From Paraphysomonas bandaiensis (taxonomy: Eukaryota > Protista > Chrysophyceae): 64,000 nt of DNA. Shown piece by piece: positions 48,313-61,400 of the stretch. Numbering within the stretch: the stretch's first letter is position 1; every line of letters begins with the position of its first letter. A program made the position numbers and the translations under genes. The notes under the pieces are model-generated. The model had not been told where the DNA came from, did no database searches, and was given only the letters and a program-made list of their open reading frames with translations. The DNA lies in NCBI GenBank assembly GCA_965644295.1, contig CBFFRP010000267.1, positions 16,338 through 80,337 of the forward strand, in the 5' to 3' direction.

Positions 48313-51300
48313 TTATGAGCCTCTGTTTCGTTTGTATGAATTCTCTCTGATGACATCCACAGATGACTTCTGATCTTCTCCTAGACATCTCTTTCTATGC
48401 TTCTCGTATATAACGCCACACAAAGATTTCGTAAATATGTCTGCAGTCTGGTTATCAGTTCCAACGTGATACAATATCGCAGTGTTAAAACGTCCTTCTG
48501 GATCTACATGTTCACGCACCCAGTGGTATTTGATTTCAATGTGTTTTGATCTTTTGTGGAACACTGGATTTAATGCTAGATCACGAGCACTCTGGCTATC
48601 TAAAAAAAATGGAGTGGGTTCGTACAGTCGAAGTCCCAATTCGGCCAACACCCCCGAAGCCACACCAGTTCTTGCATGCCAGCGTACATAGCTTGGTACT
48701 CACTCTGCATTGAAGACGTAGACACAGTAACTTGTAAGATTGATTGCCAGGTGAGTGGTCCACCTGCTGCAAACACAATGTATCCAGTTGTCGACCTTCG
48801 TGACACAGTATCGCCTGCCCAGTCAGCGTCTGTGAAAATATGCATGTCAAAGCTCTTACCACTGAACCGAATACCTTTCCGCACAGTACCCCTGATGTAT
48901 TGTAACAAATAAGTCATCAACTTGCATGTAGCCTTTGATGGTTTCGAAGCATATCGTGACAATAGGCCAACAGCATACGCAATATCTGGACGCGTATTCA
49001 TTGATAGATATAGCATGGCACCTAGTAAGCTACGATAGGGATAATTGTCGACTCCCTCTTCCTCCTGAGATGAGTTCTCACTATCAGTGCAATTAATCCT
49101 GTCCATGGCATCTACAGGTAGTGGGGATTTGCGAACTTTGTTTGAAGGTCCAAGGAATGCTGCATATTTGGTGAGAATTTTTTCAGCGTATGTCGATTGG
49201 TCAAGTTGAATATAATTCTTGGTCCTTGTAACTCGAACGTTGAGAAAATGCTCTAATTCTCCCATGTCTGACATGTCAAATCTTTCACAAAACCGTTTCT
49301 TGATTTCTGTCAAAATAGTCAGATCCGCACAAGCGATTACTATATCATCAACGTATATGGTTAAGTACACACGATGACCTTTGTACATCATATAATATAG
49401 ACATGGTTCTAAAATGCAGGGTTTGAATCCCAAAGACTTTATAAATCCATGTATGGTCTTCCACCATGAACGTGGAGAACTCCGAAGGCCATATAGTGAG
49501 CGATATAGTTTGAAACAGTGTCCTGGTGGCAACTGAAAATCGGGAGGAGGGTCCATGTACACGTCTCCTTCGATTTTAGCATAACAGAATGCATTCGACA
49601 CGTCAAGTTGATGGATGTGCATACTAAACATGAAAGCAAGGGCAATGATTAGTCTAACTGTAATCGATTTCACCACAGGAGCAAATGTATTTTCGACGTC
49701 TATACCTGTCCTTTGACCATATCCCAGAGCGACCAGACGAGCTTTATGCTTTTTTATTGATCCATCTTTATTGTATTTTCGTTTGAACACATATCTGGAC
49801 TTTAGAGGTCTAACACCAGGTGGCGTCTCAACGACATTAAACACTTCCCGCTTGAATAATGCATTCCGTTCTAATCGTCTAGCTTCCTTCCAATTTGAAG
49901 CTTCAGGACATGTCAATGACTCTTCATACGTCTCAGGCTCTCTATAAGTAGACGAGTTAGTCACAAGTGCGCAATCACTCTCATCACACAAGTTAACAAT
50001 CTCCTCGTCATGGAGAAGGTTTACCTCACCCAGGGTGGACACATTAGTCAACACCCTTCGGATTCGCGTACGTTTACCACTGGTCTCCCTTGACTCAGCA
50101 TGTACAGTACCACTATTCTCACTTGGCACACAAGAAGGTACATTCTCAAAGACACGATTCGCGCTGACCCCACTCGGTACAGCACCCGCACTACTCTCCG
50201 GCAAAGTACGAAGGGACATTCTCTTCCCTGGAATCTCATCCGCCGTAGACTTATTGGGCGTGTCACCCGAAGCCGGCGTAGATGACGATCCACCTCTCTT
50301 GTCGTCACAAGAACGAGGTTTTGAGTACAGCCTGCGGTTATAGTCACCAGTCAACTCGGCAATATCACGTACGTGAATAGGGACTTTTTCTTCTATCTGC
50401 TCTTTCCCAGCAGTTACTAGCGCCCTAAACGCCACAATTAGTCCTTTTCGCACCACAACTCTCGTAGTCTTGAAGAGAAACCCGTCGTCCACATGATACG
50501 AACCAATCAGATGTTTAAACTCTTCAACTGATCGATCTAATGGGTCAGTTTTGACTAAGGCCTCTTCAAGCTCTGCATAGTACTCCTTATCTCTTGGAGG
50601 TATACTTTCATCATACAGAACATGTACTGATACGACTTCTTTGTCACCAAGCCACACACGGGATCCCTTTTTCGTATTGGATAGACCTATGAAATACCCA
50701 GTCTGCGACTTCTCCTGCCAGTCCTTTCGACGATCACCTTTGGGAATAAGCACATAAGCCTTGCACCCCCAGCGTCGAAATCTCGATAAGTCAGGGACTG
50801 AACCTCCTGGGACGCATTCCATTGGAGACATCCAACCTCGATATGTACGTGTAGGCATTCGTCGAACTATCATGCATGCATATACATAAGCATCCCACCA
50901 AAAAATTACGGGTAATCCTGAGTCCATTAACAGAGCCAGAGTCATTTCTCCCAATGTTCGATTCCTACGCTCAGATACACCATTCATCTCAGGGCTGTCT
51001 GTGGAGCTCCAAGTGATGCTAGTTCCAAACTTGCTCATTAAGTATTGCTGAATGGACTTGTCGATCAACTCAGCCCCCCCATCCGAATGGTACTGTATCA
51101 ACCGGTGTGAACCGGGATATGTAGGGAGTTTACGCTCAACCCAGTCCTTCACGCAACTCAACACCTCATTCGCAGACCGTGTCTCCAACGGATATTCCCA
51201 AAACTCCTTGGTGGCTATATCTGATAATGTCAGAACATATTTGTATCCTTGTCTGGATGGGCAATTAAAATATACAGCAATGTCCACAGAAACCTTCTCA

Positions 51301-52787
51301 AGGAACTCTGTAGCTTGCAGTTCGTCATCTCTCTTTGCGGTGAATGATTTCCTTGTCATCTTTGATTTTGCGCAAGCTTTACAAATACCTTTCATTTTTC
51401 GTAAACTCTTCTTGCTGAGATGTCGTCGGGTTAATCCGCTCCCGGTAAAAAGTCTGTGTTTAAACGCTTCAATCAGCTTATGTTTGCTGACGTGTCCACA
51501 GCGCTTGTGTAACATCTCTAACGGATCTTCATGCACCTTGTCGGACAAATATACTTCCTCCAGCATTGTCAAATTTGGAAGATCAAGTATTTCCTGTAAA
51601 TTTACATAAGGCATTCCGTTGCTTGAGTAGGCTGCCTCCAATACAGTCTCCCCAGTATCAAGTCGCACAACAGTGGGCTTGTTCAACAACTGCAATCCAT
51701 ACCCGTGAGAACGGAGTATTCCTCCAGAGCAGATATTCTTGACTGATCCAGGGCAGATCTTGATGTCAGTCCAATCGCCAAAGCCTCCAGTTTCCTCATA
51801 GTGTAAACTGGATCCAGCTCTGGTTGTCTGTATATTTCCATCCTCCTTCTTGACCGTATGAAGGAAATTTCTGTCCTTAACAATGAACAGTTTATTAGAG
51901 GCACAGCTGTCTAAATACACGTGTTCATCGGAAGTGTGCAGCACCTCTTCAGAGACACATGAATCATCATGCGGTTCCTCATACATAATCATGTTCACAG
52001 AGTCCGAATCTTCCTCTTGCTCCTCTCTCCGCAAAAAACGATTCCAATCTGTGCGTTTTGCAGGCTTTTCGTCCAAAAATGGCCGGTTTTTGTCTCCTTG
52101 GGCAGAGTCACTACGTACTTGAGCACGAAATTTGCACTTATACGCACGATGTCTGGTGTCTCCACATACATAACAGCCATCTGATTTTTTCTTCTCGTTG
52201 TTGTCTCTGCGACTCTCAGATCGATTCCTAGCGCCACGACTCTTTCCCTGCCTTCTTAATTTCGCGATCTTAAGGTCTCTCTTCTTCTTCCAGCACGATT
52301 TCTGTGAGTGACCCCGTTTGCCACATTTGGGATAGCTGCACACCTCATTTTCATCAGCAGTGGAATTCATGTTTACTTCGTCGGTGCCTTCTTTCGGGAC
52401 ACCTTTTGCCTGATCGTATCTCCTGCATATGGTGATCATATCAATAAAGGTTATGTCACCTTGTAGGTAGAGATTGGTGTACAATTGCTCCAAATCGCTT
52501 CGTGTTTCGAGGGCAGTCTGTAACTTCGTTTTTTTAGCGATGTCAGTGGGTGGTTCCCCCAACTCGGACATTTTTTGACAGATGCCGTTTAGTCGATCGA
52601 TTGCTGCGCACACGAGTTCCCCCGGTAGAATTTTGAATCCTGCAAACTTCTTATTCAATTCAACTAATTCATATTGGATTTCCCCTCGAAACCGAACAAT
52701 TAACCTAGAGATGAGTTCACTCGCTAACTGCTCTTTATCAGGATGGTCCTGCGGGAGCATATCCTTTTCCCGGAAGTACTGATCCAC
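48313..52787 (-). pseudogene. Copia Gag-Pol polyprotein with a frameshift in RNase H and no clear N-terminal start
   Basis: Two zinc knuckles (CSYPKCGKRGHSQKSC, CYVCGDTRHRAYKC), protease YLDSCAS, integrase HKRCGH...CKAC and SDGGAE...NGVSER, RT HQLDVSNAF/YVDD, RNase H TDADWAG. The frame shifts at the G run 48651-48655 into ORF 48313-48663 (NPVFHKRSKHI, ADIFTK). Confidence 0.92.
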
Positions 52788-52910
52788 GATCTCAAGGGCT
52801 TCAGCGACTGGTTGAACAGCTTCAAATATCGAACTGATGCACGTGTCTTTCCTCTCCAGCCACTTGTCCAGATCCTCCTTGTACTTATTTCGGAAGAAGT
52901 TTCCACTCCG

Positions 52911-52928
52911 AACTACTGTCTGCTACCA
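52911..52928 (-). other. Primer-binding site TGGTAGCAGACAGTAGTT (tRNA-iMet type)
   Basis: Abuts the 5' LTR. The complement AACTACTGTCTGCTACCA fits tRNA positions 59-76 with initiator hallmarks (U72 pairing A1, A73, A60). Confidence 0.85.
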
Positions 52929-53247
52929 TGTTAGAAATAGACATTTTTAGTAATAAGACTTTGTTAACACTTATATGGAATATTATATAATTATAAGAGA
53001 TACCATACTTCATTCATTGACGTTCACCAACTCTTTCTATCTCTACTACACCAACCATTTCTAGTACGATCTTACATCGTCACTATCTTGTACAGTCAGT
53101 ATATTTCAGTTTTATCACTACAATGGCTATCATATTATTGGTTCTCATACTACAGCTAGCTACTACTGTATTCTTTGAGTAACGGATATAATTCTAATAT
53201 CTTGGAAACTACAGCTTTTAATTGCTCACAAACAGCAAAACTCAACA
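52929..53247 (-). repeat. Copia 5' LTR
   Basis: Direct repeat of 47867-48185. Confidence 0.97.
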
Positions 53248-53470
53248 AAATTAATACAAATATCTCGCAACTATTTTAAAATATTACGTCACAATTATAT
53301 TATCAATTATGCATGACAAGAATACGGACTAGCCAGAATTTTACAGTATATATTATAATGCTAGAGATGACAAAGATAAGCTACACAATAGTCTTCAAAA
53401 TACATATTGTACAAGAACTATTCAAACAATCGACGACTGTTTGAAAACTATGTCCCTATTAAAGCGGTGG

Positions 53471-54149
53471 TTACCGCTTTTCACTTTGTACTGTCGCTTC
53501 GTGCGATGCGGTATCCTCCTCATGTGAATTTCCGGCTAAAACCCTAGAGTTAAACACTACAAAGGGAACTGCTTCACGTTTTTGCGGTATAGGTGCTGTA
53601 TTCATATACATACCATCAAATTCTTACAGCAAACGTTGAATCCACTTACCTCCATCTTTCAGCCTAATACGAACAACCAGTGATCCGTAGGAGCTTCTAG
53701 GTCGTGTCTGAGTGGGTACGGACACCTTTTCTTCAGTGTACGCAGTCGGTTTTCGTCTTGTGGATGCAGACCTCTTCCCACCATTTAAACATTTCTCTAG
53801 GTGCAATGCGAACCGCTGACCAGCAACACGTTCTTTGCACAGTGGACAAGATACAGGTCCTACACTTGACGATGAAGAAACCGTACATGCTTCTACATAC
53901 AACCATATCAATATCATATATTCGGTATTACCATACACCATATATACCAGAATGAATGGGAGTTATAATATCACTAATAGACAAGTGAGACTTTATTTCC
54001 CAGTGAACCTATATGATAGTTACCTCCTTACAGTGTCATATGTATCTCTTGGTTACCTCAAAACATACGTCTATAATTATATCTTGTAATAAATTATCTA
54101 AACATAGTCGATACAGATCAAACTCTGAATCTAATAATCGTTTCTCCAT
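53471..54149 (-). CDS. SGF11: SAGA deubiquitination-module subunit Sgf11/ATXN7L3-like, 4 exons
   Basis: LDNLLQDIIIDVCFE|VH N-terminal helix; zinc finger CPLCKERVAGQRFALHLEKCLNGG. Three GT-AG introns join in frame to TAA at 53471. Confidence 0.85.
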
Positions 54150-54397
54150 CTCTGTAATTGATTGATAATGATTTCTCTCTGTATGAAAAGTATTTGTGGT
54201 CATATATACACTGATGTCTTCTATATGCTATGTATGTATGTATGTATACTATACTGTCATTGTGATTACATACACATACTCCTGTGTGCAATAACTATAC
54301 TATATAATCCATACGAGTGACTTCAGACGATAAGACCCTAATATAGTATACCCATACTCTCACTTCTCATGACTGTAAAGGGACACCTTGCCTGCTT

Positions 54398-54912
54398 TGT
54401 ATGTATGTATGTATGTATGTATGTATGTATGTATGTATGTATGTATGTATGTATGTATGTATGTATGTATGTATGTATGTATGTATGTATGTATGTATGT
54501 ATGTATGTATGTATGTATGTATGTATGTATGTATGTATGTATGTATGTATGTATGTATGTATGTATGTATGTATGTATGTATGTATGTATGTATGTATGT
54601 ATGTATGTATGTATGTATGTATGTATGTATGTATGTATGTATGTATGTATGTATGTATGTATGTATGTATGTATGTATGTATGTATGTATGTATGTATGT
54701 ATGTATGTATGTATGTATGTATGTATGTATGTATGTATGTATGTATGTATGTATGTATGTATGTATGTATGTATGTATGTATGTATGTATGTATGTATGT
54801 ATGTATGTATGTATGTATGTATGTATGTATGTATGTATGTATGTATGTATGTATGTATGTATGTATGTATGTATGTATGTATGTATGTATGTATGTATGT
54901 ATGTATGTATGT
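54398..54912. repeat. Perfect (TATG)n array, ~515 bp
   Basis: Uninterrupted tetranucleotide repeat ~250 bp upstream of the SGF11 ATG. Confidence 0.98.
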
Positions 54913-55568
54913 CCAATGCATGTACAGTAAGTGCAATGGCAAAGTGCATATCTAGATATTGTATGCACAAGTTATTTGAAAGTGATACTAATAATGGGTC
55001 CACTGATTTTATTTCTACAAACGTGAGCTGTTAGTTCATTACATTGGCAGTCGTCGATAAGATAAGACTGTAAAATACTTAGTATTTGTGTAAATCAAGT
55101 GGTTTCATATCTACGACGGTTAAACAGATAAAATATAGCAACATTTAATAGCATGGCTAGCAAGGGAAGTTGGCGACTCAGGAAATAATACGTCTATGTC
55201 GTATAGAGCGTAGTGTGTTGTGGGTGTATTACCTTAGGTGCGTTAATTGGAAATATGACAGGTAGGTATTCGGATTAAAAGTGACAGTTTAATTAGAAAC
55301 AAAAACATTCACAAGAATTAAGTATACAACAAAAAAACTACTGTCGTAAGTTATGATGCACAAAACTGCCTGCACCATGTCCTTTGCATGACTTCCAATG
55401 ACCACAGAGCATTCATTCACAGCACATATTTCGAAAAACGGGTTCACTCACAGATCACTATATATTTAATATGGTCAATACAATGCTACTTATATGCAGT
55501 TTTTACAAGTATAATATATCATAGTATAGCCATATCACCCTCACAAACCGCTGTCGGTCATTGATGTA

Positions 55569-57482
55569 TTAGTACTTCTGCTTCTTTTTATCTGCACCGT
55601 ATTAAAAAGTAATTAATATAGACGACGGATTTAAAAATTACTGTACAACCTGGTGATACAGTGTGCCCAGATATTTTCGGCAGAATGATACCCACGCTCT
55701 TCTTGCGATATATGGGAGCACGATTTCGTGTAGATATCTTTTCTTTTCCACCCATAGAGTTCGTTCCGGTTGCTTTCTTGTGCCCTTAAATTAATAGAGT
55801 ACTCACTGCTGCAGTCAAACAATATTAACAACATACCGATATAAGGGCTATTGCTACTGCTGGTACAAATTTCCCCCGAAGCTCGGTGACTGCGCTGCCA
55901 GCTGTCCGACCGCGACACATGCTTGCGCTCCACAGGAAGGAGCTGAGTTCCAGTCAATATATCGATTTCACTTCCGTTTTTTTCCGCTCCCACTTGCCTC
56001 CCATTATCATCATACTCGCATATTCTACTTCGGGGCCCCTTACTTCTACCTGATACAGTCAGTTGTGCGGACTTCTCAGTACTATTCTTCCTGTCAAAAC
56101 CCTTGTCGCGCCGAGGTCGACTCTTTTGCTTCTTCATGTCTTGTCGGTTTTGTGTCAGTACAGGCGTCAGAAGTTTGCTTGAGCTGAGCGTAGGGCCGAG
56201 CTTGTGAACCTTATCATTCTGTGTTCCTGCAGCTGCGGCTTCAATTCCTTCTTCTATAGGTGCAGGCCTGTGGGCCCTGCGTTTCTTTGCCTTTGAAAGT
56301 TTTTTCTTAAACCGCTTTGCAGCAATAAGCACTGTAGCGGTGGCCTTGAACTTCAATCCGGCCTGGTATCGCCGCAACATTTCCAGATTTGCAGTCAAAT
56401 TTCTTCCGACAAGGTGAGAAGAGTCCAGCATTAGCTGAGAGTCCGATGAGAACTATCATAAAGCAAGCCGATAAGTGACACTTACCCAAGGGTGCTTCAG
56501 TGCATCCTCAGCAGACATTCGACGCGAAACGTCCACACATAACAAGCGGCATATAAAATTCTTTGCTTCATTCGACACTTCGCCCCAATATTCCTCGTCA
56601 AAGGAGAATACTCCACTACGAATAGAAGCGAATAGACTACCGAGATCACCATCATCCTCAGGAGCGAATGGCGGATAACCACCGATCAAACAATAGGCTA
56701 CTACACCCAGCGCCCACATGTCTACTTCTATGCCATAGGGCTGGCCAGACACGATTTCAGGGGCGGCATACCCAGGGGTGCCACACGGGTTCACCAAGGT
56801 CGCACCTGACACACGAGCAGCAAGGCCGAAGTCCCCTATTTTGAGGTCTGAATCATTGTTGCAACTCGTCAACAGTAAGTTCTCGGGCTTTATATCCCTG
56901 GTAATGCAGTCATCATTTATTAACACCGCATCGACATTTACACATTACCTGTGCACAATACCGTTACTGTGAATGTAGTTTAGACCTGTGCATATAACGC
57001 GGACACAGTCCCTCGCATTATCCTCACTATAACTGGTCTTCGCAACGATACGGTCGAAGAGCTCTCCACCAGGTAAGTATTCAAGAACGACATATAGAAA
57101 GTCATCGTCCTCAAATGCATCCAAGTACCGCACGATGTAAGGATGATCCAGAGAGTTTGATATTTCTATCTCACTATTTAGATTCTCTTTTTCAGACTCA
57201 GGAATATCAAACTTTGATATACATTTCACTGCAACCTTTTGTCCGGTCAGCTTACTAGTCGCAAGCTGAACTATAGAAAAAGCGCCTTCCCCAAGCTATG
57301 CATATAAACAAAATGAATCCAATAAATAACAATAACTAACAGATGTTTGCACCCACCACTTCAATAACATCATACATAGCAGCAAACCATCCCGAGTCAA
57401 CTTTCCTGCTCTGCTCAATAGTCAGATAATAAATCATACAGATTTTATACATGATTGTACTTACATATGCACAACAGGACAT
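55569..57482 (-). CDS. Ca2+/calmodulin-dependent protein kinase (CaMK1-like), ~7 exons
   Basis: MSCCAY|SRKV...|LGEGAFSIV, VAVK, GGELFDRIV, VHR|DIKPENLL, GDFG, CGTPGYAAPE, GYPPF. CaM-binding-like RYQAGLKFKATATVLIAAKRF; basic tail ending DKKKQKY*. Confidence 0.9.
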
Positions 57483-57753
57483 TAGAATATATGTCAGTGA
57501 AGTGATGTAACAAACAATGCAGTTAAGAGATATATGCATATGATCTTATTTTTCATGAAGCCCCAGTCACAATCCATCCTCCTCGTAGACAGTAGACACA
57601 AGGAGATATTATATTGAGTGACTGAGATCGAGTAGACGAGGTATGGGGTAGATAGCCCAGTGTACTGTAAATCTAGTAATAAGATATACACCGTAACATG
57701 TAACCTACACACATCCACAGCAAACTACTGCTTGCAGTAGCTACGTAGGCGAC

Positions 57754-58392
57754 TATGTATGTATGTATGTATGTATGTATGTATGTATGTATGTATGTAT
57801 GTATGTATGTATGTATGTATGTATGTATGTATGTATGTATGTATGTATGTATGTATGTATGTATGTATGTATGTATGTATGTATGTATGTATGTATGTAT
57901 GTATGTATGTATGTATGTATGTATGTATGTATGTATGTATGTATGTATGTATGTATGTATGTATGTATGTATGTATGTATGTATGTATGTATGTATGTAT
58001 GTATGTATGTATGTATGTATGTATGTATGTATGTATGTATGTATGTATGTATGTATGTATGTATGTATGTATGTATGTATGTATGTATGTATGTATGTAT
58101 GTATGTATGTATGTATGTATGTATGTATGTATGTATGTATGTATGTATGTATGTATGTATGTATGTATGTATGTATGTATGTATGTATGTATGTATGTAT
58201 GTATGTATGTATGTATGTATGTATGTATGTATGTATGTATGTATGTATGTATGTATGTATGTATGTATGTATGTATGTATGTATGTATGTATGTATGTAT
58301 GTATGTATGTATGTGTATGTATGTATGTATGTATGTGTATGTATGTATGTATGTATGTATGTATGTATGTATGTATGTATGTATGTATGTAT
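57754..58392. repeat. (TATG)n array, ~640 bp
   Basis: Near-perfect repeat ~270 bp upstream of the CaMK ATG and next to the Gypsy 3' end. Confidence 0.98.
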
Positions 58393-58496
58393 TGTAGCTA
58401 ACAGACACCAAGAGAATGTAGACTAGGAATATATGGTTATTATGCATATAAGAATCATGTATGTATAGACTGGCATGAAGCAACTGCCTATCGCTA

Positions 58497-61400
58497 TATC
58501 ACGATCCTGAAGGGATGTGCCCAAAGCAATCCCTGAAGGAGAGTGATCGCAAATCTAAAAACCTAAGGTTTTCCAAAAGGCAGGGGTTTCATGCCACACT
58601 ACCCCTTCCCTCCTTTTTTTGAAAAAAACCTGGCATTTAGCCTACGAAAACTACTACTCCTAAAAAAAAATCACCACTACTACCCTACATCTCACTCCAA
58701 GCATTATTCTGACTTACGAGAACCTTATCATAGGTGTCCACTACATGGACAGAGCGGATTTTAACCGTCAAAACTCATAATCCCTAAACTAACTCGACGA
58801 GCCCTCCTCCTCAGACTGGGCATCTTCTTCCGTCGAATCAACTGACCTGGAGCGCTTCTTTCCCCTCTTGGGTAATAGGGCCCGAACAAGATAGTTAGAG
58901 TGGGACCTCAGGTATCTTAGCAATGCCTCTGAACCTCGCACTGTCTTCCAAGACTCCCAAGTCGGTACACTATAATTAGACCAAAACACCTCAAAGTACA
59001 AGTCAAATCGTGACCCTTTAACATCCCCTCGCATGTTCGTTATTTTCTCCATCACAAACTCGGCGCCCTCTGTGTCATCCCGTAACGCAATCTGCACCGG
59101 GTCTTCCACCCTCGGATCATAACAGAACGGACGTAACCTCGAGATATGATGCTTCGTCGTGCCTCTGGTCAAAAGACTCTGCACTGTATAAATTCCACCA
59201 TCTATTGCCACCACCTTCATGGGGCCTTTTAAATAGGGTAATAACTTGCTCGGAGGACCCTTCCTCAACGAGTTATGGCGATATTCCACTAGCACCAAAG
59301 CCCCTACCGGATATGAGGATATACCCTCCGGCATATTAGACTCAATATGATGCTGGTCTCGGATACGCAAATTCTGTTGTGCATACGCCCTAACCTTATC
59401 CTGAGCGACAAGTCTGTCTGCCACCCATTGTGATAAATCTCGACTCTCCCGAGATGATAAATTCTTTCTATCCAAAATAAAGCCCGCATCCAGATTTATG
59501 GATTTACCATACACAAGTTCTGCTGGGGCCACCCCAGTTGATCCATGTACAGACGCATTCAAGATGCGCTGCACCATTGGTAATACATCAGACCACCACT
59601 TTAAAGCAACTCGCTCGAAAATGATGTTCCGCAAATGTCGAAGAATCTCTTTATTCTCCCTCTCGACCATGCCATTTTCCTCCTTCGAGTACTCGATTGT
59701 AAAAGAGTGGTTGACACCCAACAAAGCAGTTATCTCACGAATGATATCCGCAATAAACGCCTTGCCCTTATCCGAGGTAAGTTTACAAATCGAGCACATC
59801 GAAAATCTACCAAAATATTGAATCAACGCTCGGGCTGTATCTTTCGCCGATATGCCTTTCGTGGGGAATAACTCAACCCACCTCGCGAAGGCATCAATCA
59901 GCACTAATATACTCGTAAACCCATATTCATCCGGCATCAAGCCTTCAATATAATCCATATAAATACATTCTCCCATCGAGTATTTCGACAGTGTAAATGG
60001 ACGAACCCACACAGATGGTTTCAACGTTGACATTTTCTGACAACACACACATCTCTTAATAAAAGTTATTACATGCTGACGCATGTTCCTCCAATTGTTG
60101 TTGCTCCCTCGCAACTTCCCCATGGTTCGTTCTACCCCATGGTGACCCACTACACTATTGTGACAGGTCTTAATAACTTTCCAGAAGCGACTCGGGATAT
60201 GCTCACACTCTGTATCCTGCTCTACCTCAAGGCACTGCTCGAGTGAAGAACAGACATTTTCACCGATTTCATCGGATGCGTCCACCCCACAAATTCGACT
60301 AAGAGCGTCAGCAATCACATTGAGTTCTCCTGCCAAATGTTCGAAGGTAACATCAAACGACTGAAAACACATAAACCAACGCTGCACACGCTTTAGATGA
60401 CCGTATTCTTGCTTAAGCTGGCGTAAGTTGTCGTGATCCGTTCGAACAATAAAACGTCGATCTCTCAACAAGTATTCCCACTTATTCAAGGCATAGAATA
60501 TGGCAAATCCTTCCTGCTCACAGGTATGCCATTTTGCCAAGGTTGAGTCGAACGCCTTACTAATCATCCCAATCGTGCGCTCGTGACCCTCCACGATTTG
60601 CACTAAATGAGCTCCAATCCCTATTATTGATGCATCAGTATATAGATAGATGGGGGAAACATCATCCATAAAAAATAATAAAGGACACTCATGAATTCGC
60701 TCCTTGAGCGCATCGAATGCTCCCGTGGCCTCCTCTGACCAGTCTAGCACTCTTCGACGCGCCTGAGCCTTTGTATAATTCCCCAACATCGCATGCAAAG
60801 GTTTCGCTATAAGCGCATAATCGCGAACACAATCTCTTACAAAATTTGCCACTCCCATAAAATGCTTTAACTGCTTTTGGGTATTTGGCTTCGGGATGGC
60901 TACAATACTATCCACCCGTTCCCTCGTGAAGGTATGACCCCACTCATTTATCTTATGGCCAACGGCCTCTACTTCCGACACCCCAAAGACACACTTCTTA
61001 GGATTCACTGTCAGACCAAATTTCTTAAACCTTGCCAATACGGCAGTTAAGTTCTCAATGAGCTCTTCCTCTGAGCTAGCAAAAATAATGCAATCATCAA
61101 GATAAATTTCACAAATCTTATAAACCAGACCCGCCAGCACTAGACTTTGCATTTGCCGCTGGAAATAAGATGGAGCGCCTTTCAAACCCATGGGGAGCCG
61201 GAGCCACTCGTACACCCCGTTTTGAGTAATAAAGGCAATCCAAGTACGGGATCGTTTGCCTACTGGCGCCTGATGATATCCAGACGTGAGGTCCATCACC
61301 ACAAAGAATTTAGGACGCTTCTCACCAATCCTATAGATCATATCTCTGATATTAGGAATTGGCCAGCTTTCTGAAGTCGTGACCCGATTTAAATTTTTAT

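Larger units (their letters stand above)
47867..53247 (-). mobile_element. Ty1/Copia LTR retrotransposon with both LTRs, recent insertion
   Basis: 319-bp LTRs 47867-48185 and 52929-53247 (TG...CA; no differences found by eye). TSD AAATT at 47862-47866 and 53248-53252. PBS and PPT present. Domain order Gag-PR-INT-RT-RH. Confidence 0.97.
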
